Assembly (NCBI GenBank): GCA_965221045.1
Contig: CBDCRO010000003.1
Location: forward strand, 96,016-160,015
Origin: Dehalococcoidia bacterium
GTDB lineage: Bacteria; Chloroflexota; Dehalococcoidia; Lucifugimonadales; JADFKI01
Length of the DNA: 64,000 nucleotides
Reading direction: 5' to 3'
Shown: positions 1 to 7,815 of the stretch, piece after piece
Layout: every line of letters starts with the position of its first letter
How positions within the stretch are numbered: position 1 is the stretch's first letter
Notes under the pieces: generated by a model
Database searches by the model: none
What the model saw: only the letters and a program-made list of their open reading frames with translations
What the model was told of the DNA's origin: nothing
Program-made: the position numbers and the translations under genes

Positions 1-1
1 G

Positions 2-490
2 ACGCATGTCGAAGACTGGTCCGGCAGTGATACGGATGCGTGGTTCACGGAAGACGCATACACCTTCGTACTGCTTGCCGAGCATAGCCTGGCAGTCTCC
101 GGCGTCTGGAAGATGCTTGAGGCGCTGCGAACGGCGTTCACCGAGGGGACGGGCTTCGCGGACGAATCATCCGGGATTGGAAGGCTCCTTTACGGCATCG
201 ACCCCGACAGCCTGGAGTCGGAGATTACGGCGGACTGCTGGATAACGGAGGGAGAGAAACTGTCTCTGGAAGGGTGCGTGGGAGCATCGTGGTCGGTCTC
301 GGGTGACGACGGTTCTGCCCGGACGTCCTACGCGGTGCTGTTCGACAGCCCGCAGAGCGCAGAGGCCGCCTTGTCCGAGATAAGGGAGGAGCTAGAAGAT
401 ACCGCTCGCTGGTTCGAGGACAGCGTCGAGTTAACCGACGTCGACATCGACGGCGAGATGATCACGTTCAAGGCGCGCCATCTGGAGTGA
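2..490 (+). CDS. hypothetical acidic protein, 5'-partial at window edge
   Basis: Frame 2 is open from nt 2 to the TGA at 488-490; the ORF track lists only the internal ATG at 113. No recognisable motif. Confidence 0.4.
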   Translation, partial: THVEDWSGSDTDAWFTEDAYTFVLLAEHSLAVSGVWKMLEALRTAFTEGTGFADESSGIGRLLYGIDPDSLESEITADCWITEGEKLSLEGCVGASWSVSGDDGSARTSYAVLFDSPQSAEAALSEIREELEDTARWFEDSVELTDVDIDGEMITFKARHLE

Positions 491-615
491 CGGGCGATAC
501 AGAACTCCGATGGAAGACTCGACGCTTTCTTTCTCATCCGTGCGCTTGAAGTTTTGGAGACACACATGACAAATGCCATATTTTCCGCCCCTATTAATGA
601 ATCAATGGAGAGATC

Positions 616-1263
616 ATGATAAACGCGCTGTGTTCCGCCTCAGCCAAAACCTACTACATCGCTGGCATCGTCCTTTTTCTGCTATCACTCTTCATCTCAA
701 TCCTCAGTATCGCGGTTGCCATGGTGGGTCTCGTAAATCCCACCATCTTCGGGAGTCTCTCATACCTGGTTTTCTTCGCGAGTCTCGCATCCATCGCCCT
801 GGGGGTGATGAGGGTCGGCAGCAGGAAGGGTTGGTGGAAGGGCTTCGGGTCCGTATCCGATACCAGCGATTCAGTCCCCGAGGCCGACCCCGTTAGATTG
901 AGCAACAGAGACGCAAAGTCGATGAAGGTAGCCGCTATGGTCGTCGGCATACTGGGGTCGGTCGTGACCTTCTTCGTTTCAATCTTCACGTTGTTGGCGA
1001 GCAGCTTCCTGAGCGCGTTCACGGGCGAGGGGATATTCGTGGCCATCGGCTGGCTGGTCGTGCTGTCCTCGATTGGCGCTCTGGTGGGCGCGATCCTGAC
1101 GAGCGGCAATCCCAGGCTAGGCGCGATCCTGCTGGGCATCGCGGCGGTTCCCAGCATCTTCTTCACCACTTCGGGAGTTCACCTGGTTTTCGGGCTGGGC
1201 GCTCTGCTCCTGGTGATTGCCGCGGTGCTTGCGTTCATAGCGAGCGCGCAGGAGAGCGCCTGA
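616..1263 (+). CDS. multi-pass membrane protein, unknown function
   Basis: 215-aa ORF with several long hydrophobic segments (IAGIVLFLLSLFISILSIAVAMVGL, AAMVVGILGSVVTFFVSIFTLLASSFL, GLGALLLVIAAVLAFIA). GGAGAG lies just upstream of the ATG. Confidence 0.6.
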   Translation: MINALCSASAKTYYIAGIVLFLLSLFISILSIAVAMVGLVNPTIFGSLSYLVFFASLASIALGVMRVGSRKGWWKGFGSVSDTSDSVPEADPVRLSNRDAKSMKVAAMVVGILGSVVTFFVSIFTLLASSFLSAFTGEGIFVAIGWLVVLSSIGALVGAILTSGNPRLGAILLGIAAVPSIFFTTSGVHLVFGLGALLLVIAAVLAFIASAQESA

Positions 1264-1394
1264 GCGGCATAACTGTCAGTTTCCGCCGTCTCAGGGCGAA
1301 GAGATGAAGGGACAGTGAGATGGACCCAATAAATCGGACAGGTGGCTAAGAGAGAGTCGCGCTCCTAGAATAATGGAAGAAGAGGAGCAGGAAA

Positions 1395-1679
1395 ATGAAG
1401 CAGAGCAGGAAGAAGCACAGTCCGGGGTTCAAGGCCAAGGTGGCGTTGGCCGCGCTCCGTGGAGAAGAGACCGTTGCCCAGTTGGCCAGCCGGTTTGAAG
1501 TTCATCCCACGCAGATTCATACTTGGAAGAAGGCCCTGATCGAGGGAGCGCCCGAGGTCTTCGGTAGTGGGAGTGCAAAGGCGGACAGGGATCAGGAAGC
1601 GCTGACTGCGCATCTGTACCAGCAGATTGGTCAGCTCAAGGTGGAGCGGGATTTTCTGTCAGGGAAGTCCGGGCTATGA
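1395..1679 (+). CDS. IS3-family transposase OrfA (HTH)
   Basis: [41 protein letters not shown] is a typical IS3/IS911-type OrfA HTH, followed by a heptad-like C-terminal tail. Confidence 0.9.
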   Translation: MKQSRKKHSPGFKAKVALAALRGEETVAQLASRFEVHPTQIHTWKKALIEGAPEVFGSGSAKADRDQEALTAHLYQQIGQLKVERDFLSGKSGL

Positions 1680-2611
1680 GTCGGCGCAGGCGTCTGGCTA
1701 TGGTGGATCGAGGACACCCGAAGCTCTCTGTAGTGAAGCAGTGTCGTCTGTTGCGGCTCAGCCGTTCCTCGGTATACTACCGACCGGCGCCGGCTAAGCC
1801 TGCGGACCTGGAGCTTATGGCCGGGATGGACCGGCAGTATCTGAAGACTCCCTATTATGGTTCTCGCAGGATGACGGCCTGGCTGCGGACCCAGGGATAC
1901 CTGGTCAACCGCAAGAGGGTGCAGAGACTGATGCGGGCAATGGGACTGGAAGCGATCTACCGCAAGCCCAATACCAGCAAGCCTGCGCCGGAGCACAGGA
2001 TATACCCTTACCTGCTGAAGGGAGTGACAGTCGATCGGGTCAATCAGGTCTGGGCGGCGGACATCACCTACCTGCCCATGTCCCGGGGATTCCTATACCT
2101 GGTGGCCATTATGGACTGGCACAGCCGCTACGTGCTGGCCTGGAAGCTCTCCAACACTCTGGAGGTGGACTTCTGCATCGATGCCCTGAAAGAAGCCCTG
2201 AGCAAAGGACAGCCGGAGATCTTCAACACCGACCAGGGAAGCCAGTTCACCAGTGATGCCTTCAGTGGGCTGCTGCTGGAGCGGGGGATCAAGATCAGCA
2301 TGGATGGCAAGGGCAGATACCTGGACAACATCTTTGTGGAGCGTTTGTGGCGGAGCGTGAAGTACGAGGAGGTATATCTGAAAGCTTATAGCAACGGAAG
2401 TGAAGCGAGGAGAGGAATTGACGCTTATCTGGAGTTGTACAATCGGGAGCGGCCACACCAGTCTCTGGGCTATCGAACTCCGGCCCAGGTGTTCGCGTCG
2501 GGAAGGTTGCTCAGGTGTTTACCAGACCAGGCATCAGCCTTATCATCTCGTGAGGTAGCAACAGACTTTACAGCGGGAGTCTCTCTTAACTTAGCCCCTT
2601 CGCTGTCCTAA
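1676..2611 (+). CDS. IS3-family transposase OrfB (DDE/rve integrase core)
   Basis: DDE motifs are [19 protein letters not shown] and [13 protein letters not shown]. The ATG overlaps the orfA stop (ATGA at 1676-1679). Confidence 0.9.
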   Translation: MSRRRRLAMVDRGHPKLSVVKQCRLLRLSRSSVYYRPAPAKPADLELMAGMDRQYLKTPYYGSRRMTAWLRTQGYLVNRKRVQRLMRAMGLEAIYRKPNTSKPAPEHRIYPYLLKGVTVDRVNQVWAADITYLPMSRGFLYLVAIMDWHSRYVLAWKLSNTLEVDFCIDALKEALSKGQPEIFNTDQGSQFTSDAFSGLLLERGIKISMDGKGRYLDNIFVERLWRSVKYEEVYLKAYSNGSEARRGIDAYLELYNRERPHQSLGYRTPAQVFASGRLLRCLPDQASALSSREVATDFTAGVSLNLAPSLS

Positions 2612-2664
2612 CTGTGGGGTCCACTCCACAGGTTCACATGCTGATAGCGAGAAGGAGGACCGGC

Positions 2665-4032
2665 ATGGCGAGTTGGACTTCAGTTACTTTAGTGGCTCTC
2701 ATGGTGTTGGCGGTTGTCGCTTGCGGGCCGTCCGCGGGCGACAGACGTGATGCCTTCTACGCCGAATTGCGGGAACAAGGCACCTCAAGGCAACAGGCCG
2801 ATCAGATCGCTTCGTTCTATGAAAGCGAAATTAAGCATGAGCAGCCGGACGAATATGCCAAGGCCTACGCCATTGAGCGTATCAGGCCTGGCGCCTACAG
2901 CGACGGGCGAGCACGCAGTTACGCTGATTCCTACGTCGAACAGTTAGGGGCTGGAAAATCGGAGGAATACTCCAGAGTTTTCGCGGAACAGAAATTGACA
3001 GGATGGACAGTCGATTTCAGCCATCTCTATGCTCGGTCCTACACAGAACGAATTACAGCCGGAGACTCGGAAGAGTACGCCAGGACATACGCAGACCTGC
3101 GAGTGGATGGAAAGTCAGACGATTATGCAAGAACCTACAATGAACAGATCGCAGCCGATAGCCCCGTAAAAACCGCGGTCTATGAGGCAGAAATGACAGA
3201 TGGCAAATCGCACGAGGAAGCCAGAATGTACGCCACTTACTTCGTTGAGGCTGATAGCGATTCCCAGTCTTACTCCCACGCCTACGCTAGGGCCCGCTCT
3301 GACGGCGAAACCGGCTACTACGCCAATCCCTATGCGTGTGCATACGCGGATCTTGTTGGTCGCCACTCTGACAAGTACGCCCTCGCTTTCGCTGAGAAAT
3401 ATGCTGAAAGAGTAGGTTATCGCTACGGGGGTTTTACCGAGATGATGATGTCAGGCTGCCGAGGCTACCTGAACGCCTCCATCGCCGACACATGGACTGA
3501 TGAGTACAGGGCGAATGCACTTGCCAGGCATTACGCCCGTGAGGTCGATCAGGGCTATTCGCCAATTTACGCCGACGCCTACGCCAGACAGAGAGAGGTC
3601 AGACAACCGGAGGAGTTTGCTCGCGCCTACGCCGAGCAGACCGAGGCGGGTCAATCAGACGGTTACGCATACACCTACGCTACGCAGATTGGCGAAGGAG
3701 CTTCGGTGGAATACTCTCACGCCTACGCCGAACGGATCGAGGCCGGGGAGTCGGCTGACTATGCGAGAAGTTACGCCGAGCAAGTTGCGGCAGGAAAGTC
3801 GGCGGCCCAGGCCGCCGGGGCTGCGGTTGCTGGCGATCTGATTGCCGAGACCGATAAGTTGATCAGGACTTTCCCGGGAGAGGATCAATGCTACGCAAAC
3901 GCCTCCGAAGCTGCGTCTGTGTTACTGGAAGAGGGGAAGACCTCTCGTTATGCCGCCATGTACTCCTGGGCTAAAGAATGCGACCTGCAGACCGATGAAC
4001 AGGCTCACGCCGCCGCTTCCGGCTACGAGTAG
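2665..4032 (+). CDS. YA-repeat lipoprotein (paralog 1)
   Basis: SD AAGGAGGA at 2652-2659 precedes the ATG at 2665 by 5 nt. The signal has a lipobox-like LAVVAC. The body is built from many degenerate ~17-aa units of type S-x-x-Y-A-x-x-Y-A-E-Q-h-x-x-G-x (for example SEEYARTYADLRVDGK, SDDYARTYNEQIAAD, SADYARSYAEQVAAGK). The track ORF starts earlier at GTG 2614. Confidence 0.7.
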   Translation: MASWTSVTLVALMVLAVVACGPSAGDRRDAFYAELREQGTSRQQADQIASFYESEIKHEQPDEYAKAYAIERIRPGAYSDGRARSYADSYVEQLGAGKSEEYSRVFAEQKLTGWTVDFSHLYARSYTERITAGDSEEYARTYADLRVDGKSDDYARTYNEQIAADSPVKTAVYEAEMTDGKSHEEARMYATYFVEADSDSQSYSHAYARARSDGETGYYANPYACAYADLVGRHSDKYALAFAEKYAERVGYRYGGFTEMMMSGCRGYLNASIADTWTDEYRANALARHYAREVDQGYSPIYADAYARQREVRQPEEFARAYAEQTEAGQSDGYAYTYATQIGEGASVEYSHAYAERIEAGESADYARSYAEQVAAGKSAAQAAGAAVAGDLIAETDKLIRTFPGEDQCYANASEAASVLLEEGKTSRYAAMYSWAKECDLQTDEQAHAAASGYE

Positions 4033-4076
4033 CGTGAGGCAGTAATGGAGGTGCTTGGTACAACCGGCTAGCTGTG

Positions 4077-4279
4077 CTGCCGAGCCGGTTCCAGTCTGCA
4101 AGGCAGCATGAAAGTCAGCGCCCACTTCGGTTCTGACTCAGCAAACGCCTTGCGGCATACTAGGCGAGTGAGCACGTCGCCGGGAACTTTGCAAGCCTGC
4201 GGTCCTGACGTGCCTTGCGCCCGCGGCAGCTCCGGCACGGCCATCTGAAGTTGTCGAGAGTGAACGCCCTCAGCATTGC
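4077..4279 (-). pseudogene. 3' remnant of an HNH endonuclease gene (paralog of 7255-7626)
   Basis: About 200 nt align by eye at roughly 75% identity with 7290-7490. The minus strand translates AMLRAFTLDNFRWPCRSCRGRKARQDRRLAKF, compared with AMLRAFTPDNLRWLCRSCHRRKTRQDRRLAKF in the intact copy. The N-terminal HNH part is absent. Confidence 0.6.
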
Positions 4280-4297
4280 AGGAATAAGGAGAATGGA

Positions 4298-4663
4298 ATG
4301 GATAACTTTCTACATCGACTGAAGATTTCTCTGGTAGGAGAGGCCGGACTGATTGTCTACGGAATCGCAAGTCTCGTCGGCACAGCGTTCCTGTTTGCCG
4401 TTTCTCCCGTTCTGGGCGTCCTGTTCTTCGCCGTCGTAACATTTGTCGGCTGGAGATTCATGAGATGGATCAGGGTCCAGGACGCTTATTACACGGACAC
4501 CGAAGGCAGGGTTCGTTGTCGCAAGTGTCAGAAGCTCGTGTTCGGTGACGGAGAGAGTGCCCAGGCGGCAGCGGTGAACGCGACTGACCGAGGCACATCT
4601 CTGAGAGCGTACTACGAAAACCGCTGCGGCAACTGGCATCTGAGTTCGCAGACGCAGCGATAG
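4298..4663 (+). CDS. small membrane protein with C-terminal Cys-pair (zinc-ribbon-like) tail
   Basis: SD AAGGAG is upstream. Two hydrophobic helices are followed by CRKCQKLVF...CGNWHL. Confidence 0.55.
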   Translation: MDNFLHRLKISLVGEAGLIVYGIASLVGTAFLFAVSPVLGVLFFAVVTFVGWRFMRWIRVQDAYYTDTEGRVRCRKCQKLVFGDGESAQAAAVNATDRGTSLRAYYENRCGNWHLSSQTQR

Positions 4664-4968
4664 TCATATTGGTTCCCATATTGGGTTGCTATGAAGGGGA
4701 AGCACCATCTTACGGCTTTGCATAAATTGGGCACTGGTAAGACAATGGAGGCGCCCCTGGGCGGTACAGGTTGCGAAACGCTAACCCCGCTACCATCTCC
4801 TAGAGAGCCGCCCAGGGGCACCACGTTGACTTCCCTTGCTCATACCATACCGTTATCGTGTAACACCTATACATATATTGTAGATTATTCTCAGAGACTG
4901 GGACGAGTTGGTGTCGCCGGTAGCAAGGATTCAGGTATGCCTGAACTTAGAGGGGAGAGGCCGGCAGA

Positions 4969-5139
4969 ATGAGCGGACGACATTCGTTTTCCGAGATGAC
5001 CAGAGATTTCACCACGGAGCGCCGGCGGCGCATTGCCGAGATGAAGGTGGGGTTGCTCGCTGAGACGCCGCAGCATGATCTTCGCCGCGGGCACTTGGGA
5101 ATCCGCGAAGTGGACCCGGACATATCTCCGCGGACTTGA
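4969..5139 (+). pseudogene. possible truncated XRE/HigA-like antitoxin N-terminus
   Basis: 56-codon ORF (below the track cutoff) with SD AGGGGAGAGG. SFSEMTRDFTTERRRRIAEMKVGLLAETPQHDLRR resembles the leader of HTH antitoxins, but the HTH itself is missing. Confidence 0.3.
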
Positions 5140-5220
5140 CGAATCCTGCGCCATCGCGGCACACTGGATTCATAGGCTGGTTACTGCGTAGCGGGGGCCG
5201 GCCTCTTTCTTTGAGCGAGA

Positions 5221-5475
5221 CTAGCCGCTGAGAGGCCGGGCAGGGACGGAAATGCGCTCGAAGTCCTGGTCGTCCTGCGGGATCTGGGTAAGCAGCTCCC
5301 CCAGGGCCGGAGCGCCAGCTCTATCGAGTCGGAGAAGCCTCTCGTACTCATCTGCTGCCAGCACCACGACGGCGGGGCGGCCCCTGCGGGTAACTAGCTG
5401 AGGTTCGCCCGCGAGCGCAGCGTTCACCAAGGCGCTTAATTTGTTCTTCGCATCCTGTAACGGCCACTCGTTCAA
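5221..5475 (-). CDS. type II antitoxin, Phd/YefM family (orphan)
   Basis: MNEWPLQDAKNKLSALVNAALAGEPQLVTRRGRPAVVVLAADEYERL is a classic Phd/YefM N-terminal fold signature. No toxin ORF lies downstream. Confidence 0.85.
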   Translation of the reverse strand: MNEWPLQDAKNKLSALVNAALAGEPQLVTRRGRPAVVVLAADEYERLLRLDRAGAPALGELLTQIPQDDQDFERISVPARPLSG

Positions 5476-5551
5476 GGCACACCTCTAACCGGACGGGCTG
5501 GTGAGATCGTGAGCAGACCCCAGCATAGCACCAATCAGGGCAGCGGAGCAC

Positions 5552-5692
5552 TCACCAGCCGATGAAGGTCCTCTTGCAGTCGCGGCAGGTGGCGCGCGAC
5601 CCCTCGATGGCGATGTCCCGGTGCAGGCATTTTCTGCAGCGGGCGCACCGGCGTCCAGATCTGTCGGAGACCTCGTGGCCGCAAGTCGCCAT
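5552..5692 (-). CDS. possible 46-aa zinc-ribbon protein
   Basis: MATCGHEVSDRSGRRCARCRKCLHRDIAIEGSRATCRDCKRTFIGW carries several Cys pairs. It is below the ORF-track cutoff and lies upstream of the Phd gene on the same strand. Confidence 0.3.
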   Translation of the reverse strand: MATCGHEVSDRSGRRCARCRKCLHRDIAIEGSRATCRDCKRTFIGW

Positions 5693-5843
5693 CAGCTCTC
5701 ACCTGTCCGCCGCGGAGAAGCTCCCGGGTTGCAAGTCAGCAGAAATGACAGTGCCCTCCTGCTGAAAAGTGCGGACCTTGCCGCGGCCCAGCGCATCCTT
5801 GAAGAAAAGGGAGAGCCGGAAAGGGACCAGCAGAAGCCCTCTC

Positions 5844-6815
5844 TCACTCGCATACGATGCCGTCCCCGTCGCCGTCTCTCATATATTGGTATGCTGGATG
5901 GTCGCGGCGAACGGGCGCAATGCCGTGGCTTCGGGCCTCAGCGCAGGTGATCCTGCCGTTGCCGTTATCGTCGTACATCGAGAGCGGGTCCGTATTCGAG
6001 GGAGAACCCGTTCTCTGTGCGGGAGGAGATGTCGGCTGGGCCTGCGGAGGAGCGGAGACGACGACCAGCTCGAACGACGCGCAGCCGGACAGAACGGCAT
6101 CGAGCGCATCGGCTTCTCTCGGATCGACCGTCAGGCCGTACTCCCGCTTTACCTGAACGATGCGAGCGGCAAACCAGCACCGGTTCAGCTCCGGCAGCCA
6201 CTCGGCGGCGTCCTTGCCGCTCTTCTGGTGACGATTGACGCTCGGGCTTGCGAGCGTGAGGTTCAGCAGATCCGATGAGAACCGCTTGCGCGTCGCATCG
6301 CTGGCAGCGCAAAGGCCGCTGTCGTGGGCCTCCGAGCGCGCCACGATGTGCTCGATGTCGGTCTCCCTGGTACTGGAGAAGGTGCGGCCCGTGTAGGGTT
6401 CGTAGATGATGCCTCCCATATCCGCGACTATTCTCGGTTCTACGGACTGAGAGTACGGGTAGTCGCCGGCATCATACGGAGAGCACCGGTACTCCGCCGA
6501 GACAGTCAGTCCCCGCCATGTCTGTCCCGTTGTGCCCGGCGTCCGGACGGCTTGCCGCGGTGTTGCAGTCGGAAGGGGAACAGGCGCACTGGTAGCGGCA
6601 GGCGCACGTTCGGGTGCAGGAGACTGGGTGGGTATCTGCACCAGGACGGCAGTGGGCTGTCCGCCGCGCTCTGGGGTTGCGACCGGCGTTTCCGCGAGCG
6701 TTGTCTCTGCTGTGGCCGTGGGTGAAGTGGCCGGAACCTGCGCCGGCCCGGGCTGTTCGGTGTCGCATGCCGCAGCCGCAATGAGCAGGAGTGCCGCAAG
6801 AATGAGGTTCCGCAT
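5844..6815 (-). CDS. secreted lipoprotein nuclease (HNH/DUF1524-like domain) with C-terminal Excalibur calcium-binding motif
   Basis: Lipobox LIAAAAC is followed by an Ala/Pro/Thr-rich linker. The nuclease-like core reads ETDIEHIVARSEAHDSGLC...LLNLTLASPSVNRHQKSGKDAAEWLP. The C-terminus carries DDNGNGRITCAEA and DGDGDGIVCE (the DxDxDGxxCE Excalibur pattern). Confidence 0.8.
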   Translation of the reverse strand: MRNLILAALLLIAAAACDTEQPGPAQVPATSPTATAETTLAETPVATPERGGQPTAVLVQIPTQSPAPERAPAATSAPVPLPTATPRQAVRTPGTTGQTWRGLTVSAEYRCSPYDAGDYPYSQSVEPRIVADMGGIIYEPYTGRTFSSTRETDIEHIVARSEAHDSGLCAASDATRKRFSSDLLNLTLASPSVNRHQKSGKDAAEWLPELNRCWFAARIVQVKREYGLTVDPREADALDAVLSGCASFELVVVSAPPQAQPTSPPAQRTGSPSNTDPLSMYDDNGNGRITCAEARSHGIAPVRRDHPAYQYMRDGDGDGIVCE

Positions 6816-6940
6816 AGGTGATTCCAGTCGTTCCCACTACTCGGCCCGGCTCATCCGGATACCGGTGGAGCGCTCTCCTTCGAGTCGTAGCAGGACCCGC
6901 AATTCAGGACAGCGCCGCTCAAGACATCTGCACTGTCGTT

Positions 6941-7258
6941 TCAGATGGCGCTGGGCCTGCGCTCGTCGTGAATCGCCCTGATGTACTCGTCGACGTGACA
7001 TTCCTGGTCCGGCCTGCACCAGCAGGAGAGATAGTCATACGCGGCAAGTTCCGCCCTGACCCTCTCCGGAGTCACGGACAGCTCGCAGGCCCAGAACGCA
7101 TTACGGAACGCCGCAAGCGACTCCGTGCGGGTATATTCTTCACCTATCGGAAAGGGATTGCCCCATTTGGTTGGCCGCCCGCAGTATCTCGTGTTAGGTG
7201 GCTGGCGGCTGCCTTTTGCCCTGCTGCGTTGGATTCTCTCGGGCACCGCTCGCCTCAC
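6941..7258 (-). CDS. DUF4326-like protein
   Basis: YCGRPTKWGNPFPIGE...YLSCWCRPDQECHVD matches the DUF4326 signature as I recall it. The GTG start at 7258-7256 overlaps the HNH stop TGA at 7257-7255 (GTGA). The longer track ORF (to 7555) is an out-of-frame overlap with the HNH gene. Confidence 0.65.
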   Translation of the reverse strand: MRRAVPERIQRSRAKGSRQPPNTRYCGRPTKWGNPFPIGEEYTRTESLAAFRNAFWACELSVTPERVRAELAAYDYLSCWCRPDQECHVDEYIRAIHDERRPSAI

Positions 7259-7626
7259 ACTCTGGCCACCGAAGTTTTGCTCCACGAGGCAGGCTCCAGG
7301 CTGCACGGCAGCATGAAGGTCAGCGCCCACCTGCGATGTTCCCTGAGCAATTTCTTCACGGAATACCAGTCCAGCGAACACGCCGCCAGGAACTTCGCAA
7401 GCCTGCGATCCTGGCGAGTCTTGCGCCGATGGCAGCTCCGGCACAGCCAACGAAGGTTGTCGGGAGTGAACGCACGCAGCATCGCGGCTGGGCCTAGCGC
7501 ACGCGCCACGTTGATTGCCAGCCGGTGGTCGATCTCGTCGGGCGGCTCGCCGCATATCTCACAGAGCGTGTGTTGGATCTCGTCTGTATGTTGGCCAGAT
7601 GCAACTGCGATGATGTAAATGGTCAT
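7255..7626 (-). CDS. HNH endonuclease (C-terminal catalytic part; frame stays open upstream to the IS boundary at 7653)
   Basis: The HNH motif reads CEICGEPPDEIDHRLAINVA...NLRWLCRSCHRRKT. The in-frame sequence upstream of the ATG (CIQSQTQSQ) has no stop before the IS110 left end. Confidence 0.8.
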   Translation of the reverse strand: MTIYIIAVASGQHTDEIQHTLCEICGEPPDEIDHRLAINVARALGPAAMLRAFTPDNLRWLCRSCHRRKTRQDRRLAKFLAACSLDWYSVKKLLREHRRWALTFMLPCSLEPASWSKTSVARV

Positions 7627-7653
7627 CTGGGATTGGGTCTGACTCTGGATGCA

Positions 7654-7815
7654 ACTGGCTCAGATGCCCTTATCGCGAACTGTCGACCCGTTCCCAGAAT
7701 GGCCACAAGTAGCCAACGGCTGTGGCGAGCAGTGACTTGATAGGAGACTGGCCATGAGCCTCTTCGCAGTTGTGTCCGCTCATCCAGTCGATACGCCATT
7801 ATTCGGGAGGCAGAG
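7654..7815 (+). ncRNA. candidate IS110 leader (bridge-RNA-like) of type 1, copy 1
   Basis: A 162-nt untranslated left end with conserved blocks (ACTGGCTCAGATGCC, GGCGAGCAGTGACTT.ATAGGAG, CGCAGTT.TGTCCGCTCA) alternates with divergent blocks relative to 62958-63115. Confidence 0.35.

Larger units (their letters stand above)
1316..2630 (+). mobile_element. IS3-family insertion sequence (about 1.3 kb)
   Basis: Imperfect terminal inverted repeats with TG...CA ends: TGAGATGGACCC..GGACAG..GGCTAAGAGAGAG from 1316, and the reverse complement of ...CTCTCTTAACTTAGCC..CTGTCC..GGGGTCCACTCCACA ending at 2630. They enclose orfA and orfB. No clear target-site duplication. Confidence 0.8.

Noticed and set aside
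1313-2633. Target-site duplication for the IS3 element.
   Set aside because: The flanking triplets differ (CAG vs GGT) and shifting the boundaries by 1-2 nt does not create a repeat, so no TSD is claimed.
4753-4823. A 71-nt element with a 12-bp GC-rich closing stem (GCCCCTGGGCGG / CCGCCCAGGGGC) followed by A-CCA, which at first glance looks like a tRNA.
   Set aside because: It has no T-loop (GTTCGAATC-like) or D-arm consensus. The 12 contiguous base pairs are incompatible with a 7-bp acceptor stem plus cloverleaf, and an anticodon arm cannot be placed. It may still be a structured RNA or terminator-like hairpin downstream of the gene at 4298-4663, but I cannot support a tRNA call.
4891-5154. 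The 87-aa minus-strand ORF downstream of the Phd antitoxin was considered as its missing toxin.
   Set aside because: It shows no PIN/VapC, Doc or RelE-like motif. It is Arg/Ser/Pro-rich and lies antisense to a better-supported short plus-strand ORF.
7645-7787. Guide-like complementarity for type-1 IS110 copy 1 (leader CATCCAG at 7781-7787 against left flank CTGGATG at 7645-7651).
   Set aside because: The match is only 7 nt and is not anchored at the junction. No equivalent match exists for copy 2, and the right boundary is unknown. I therefore list the type-1 leaders only as low-confidence candidates.
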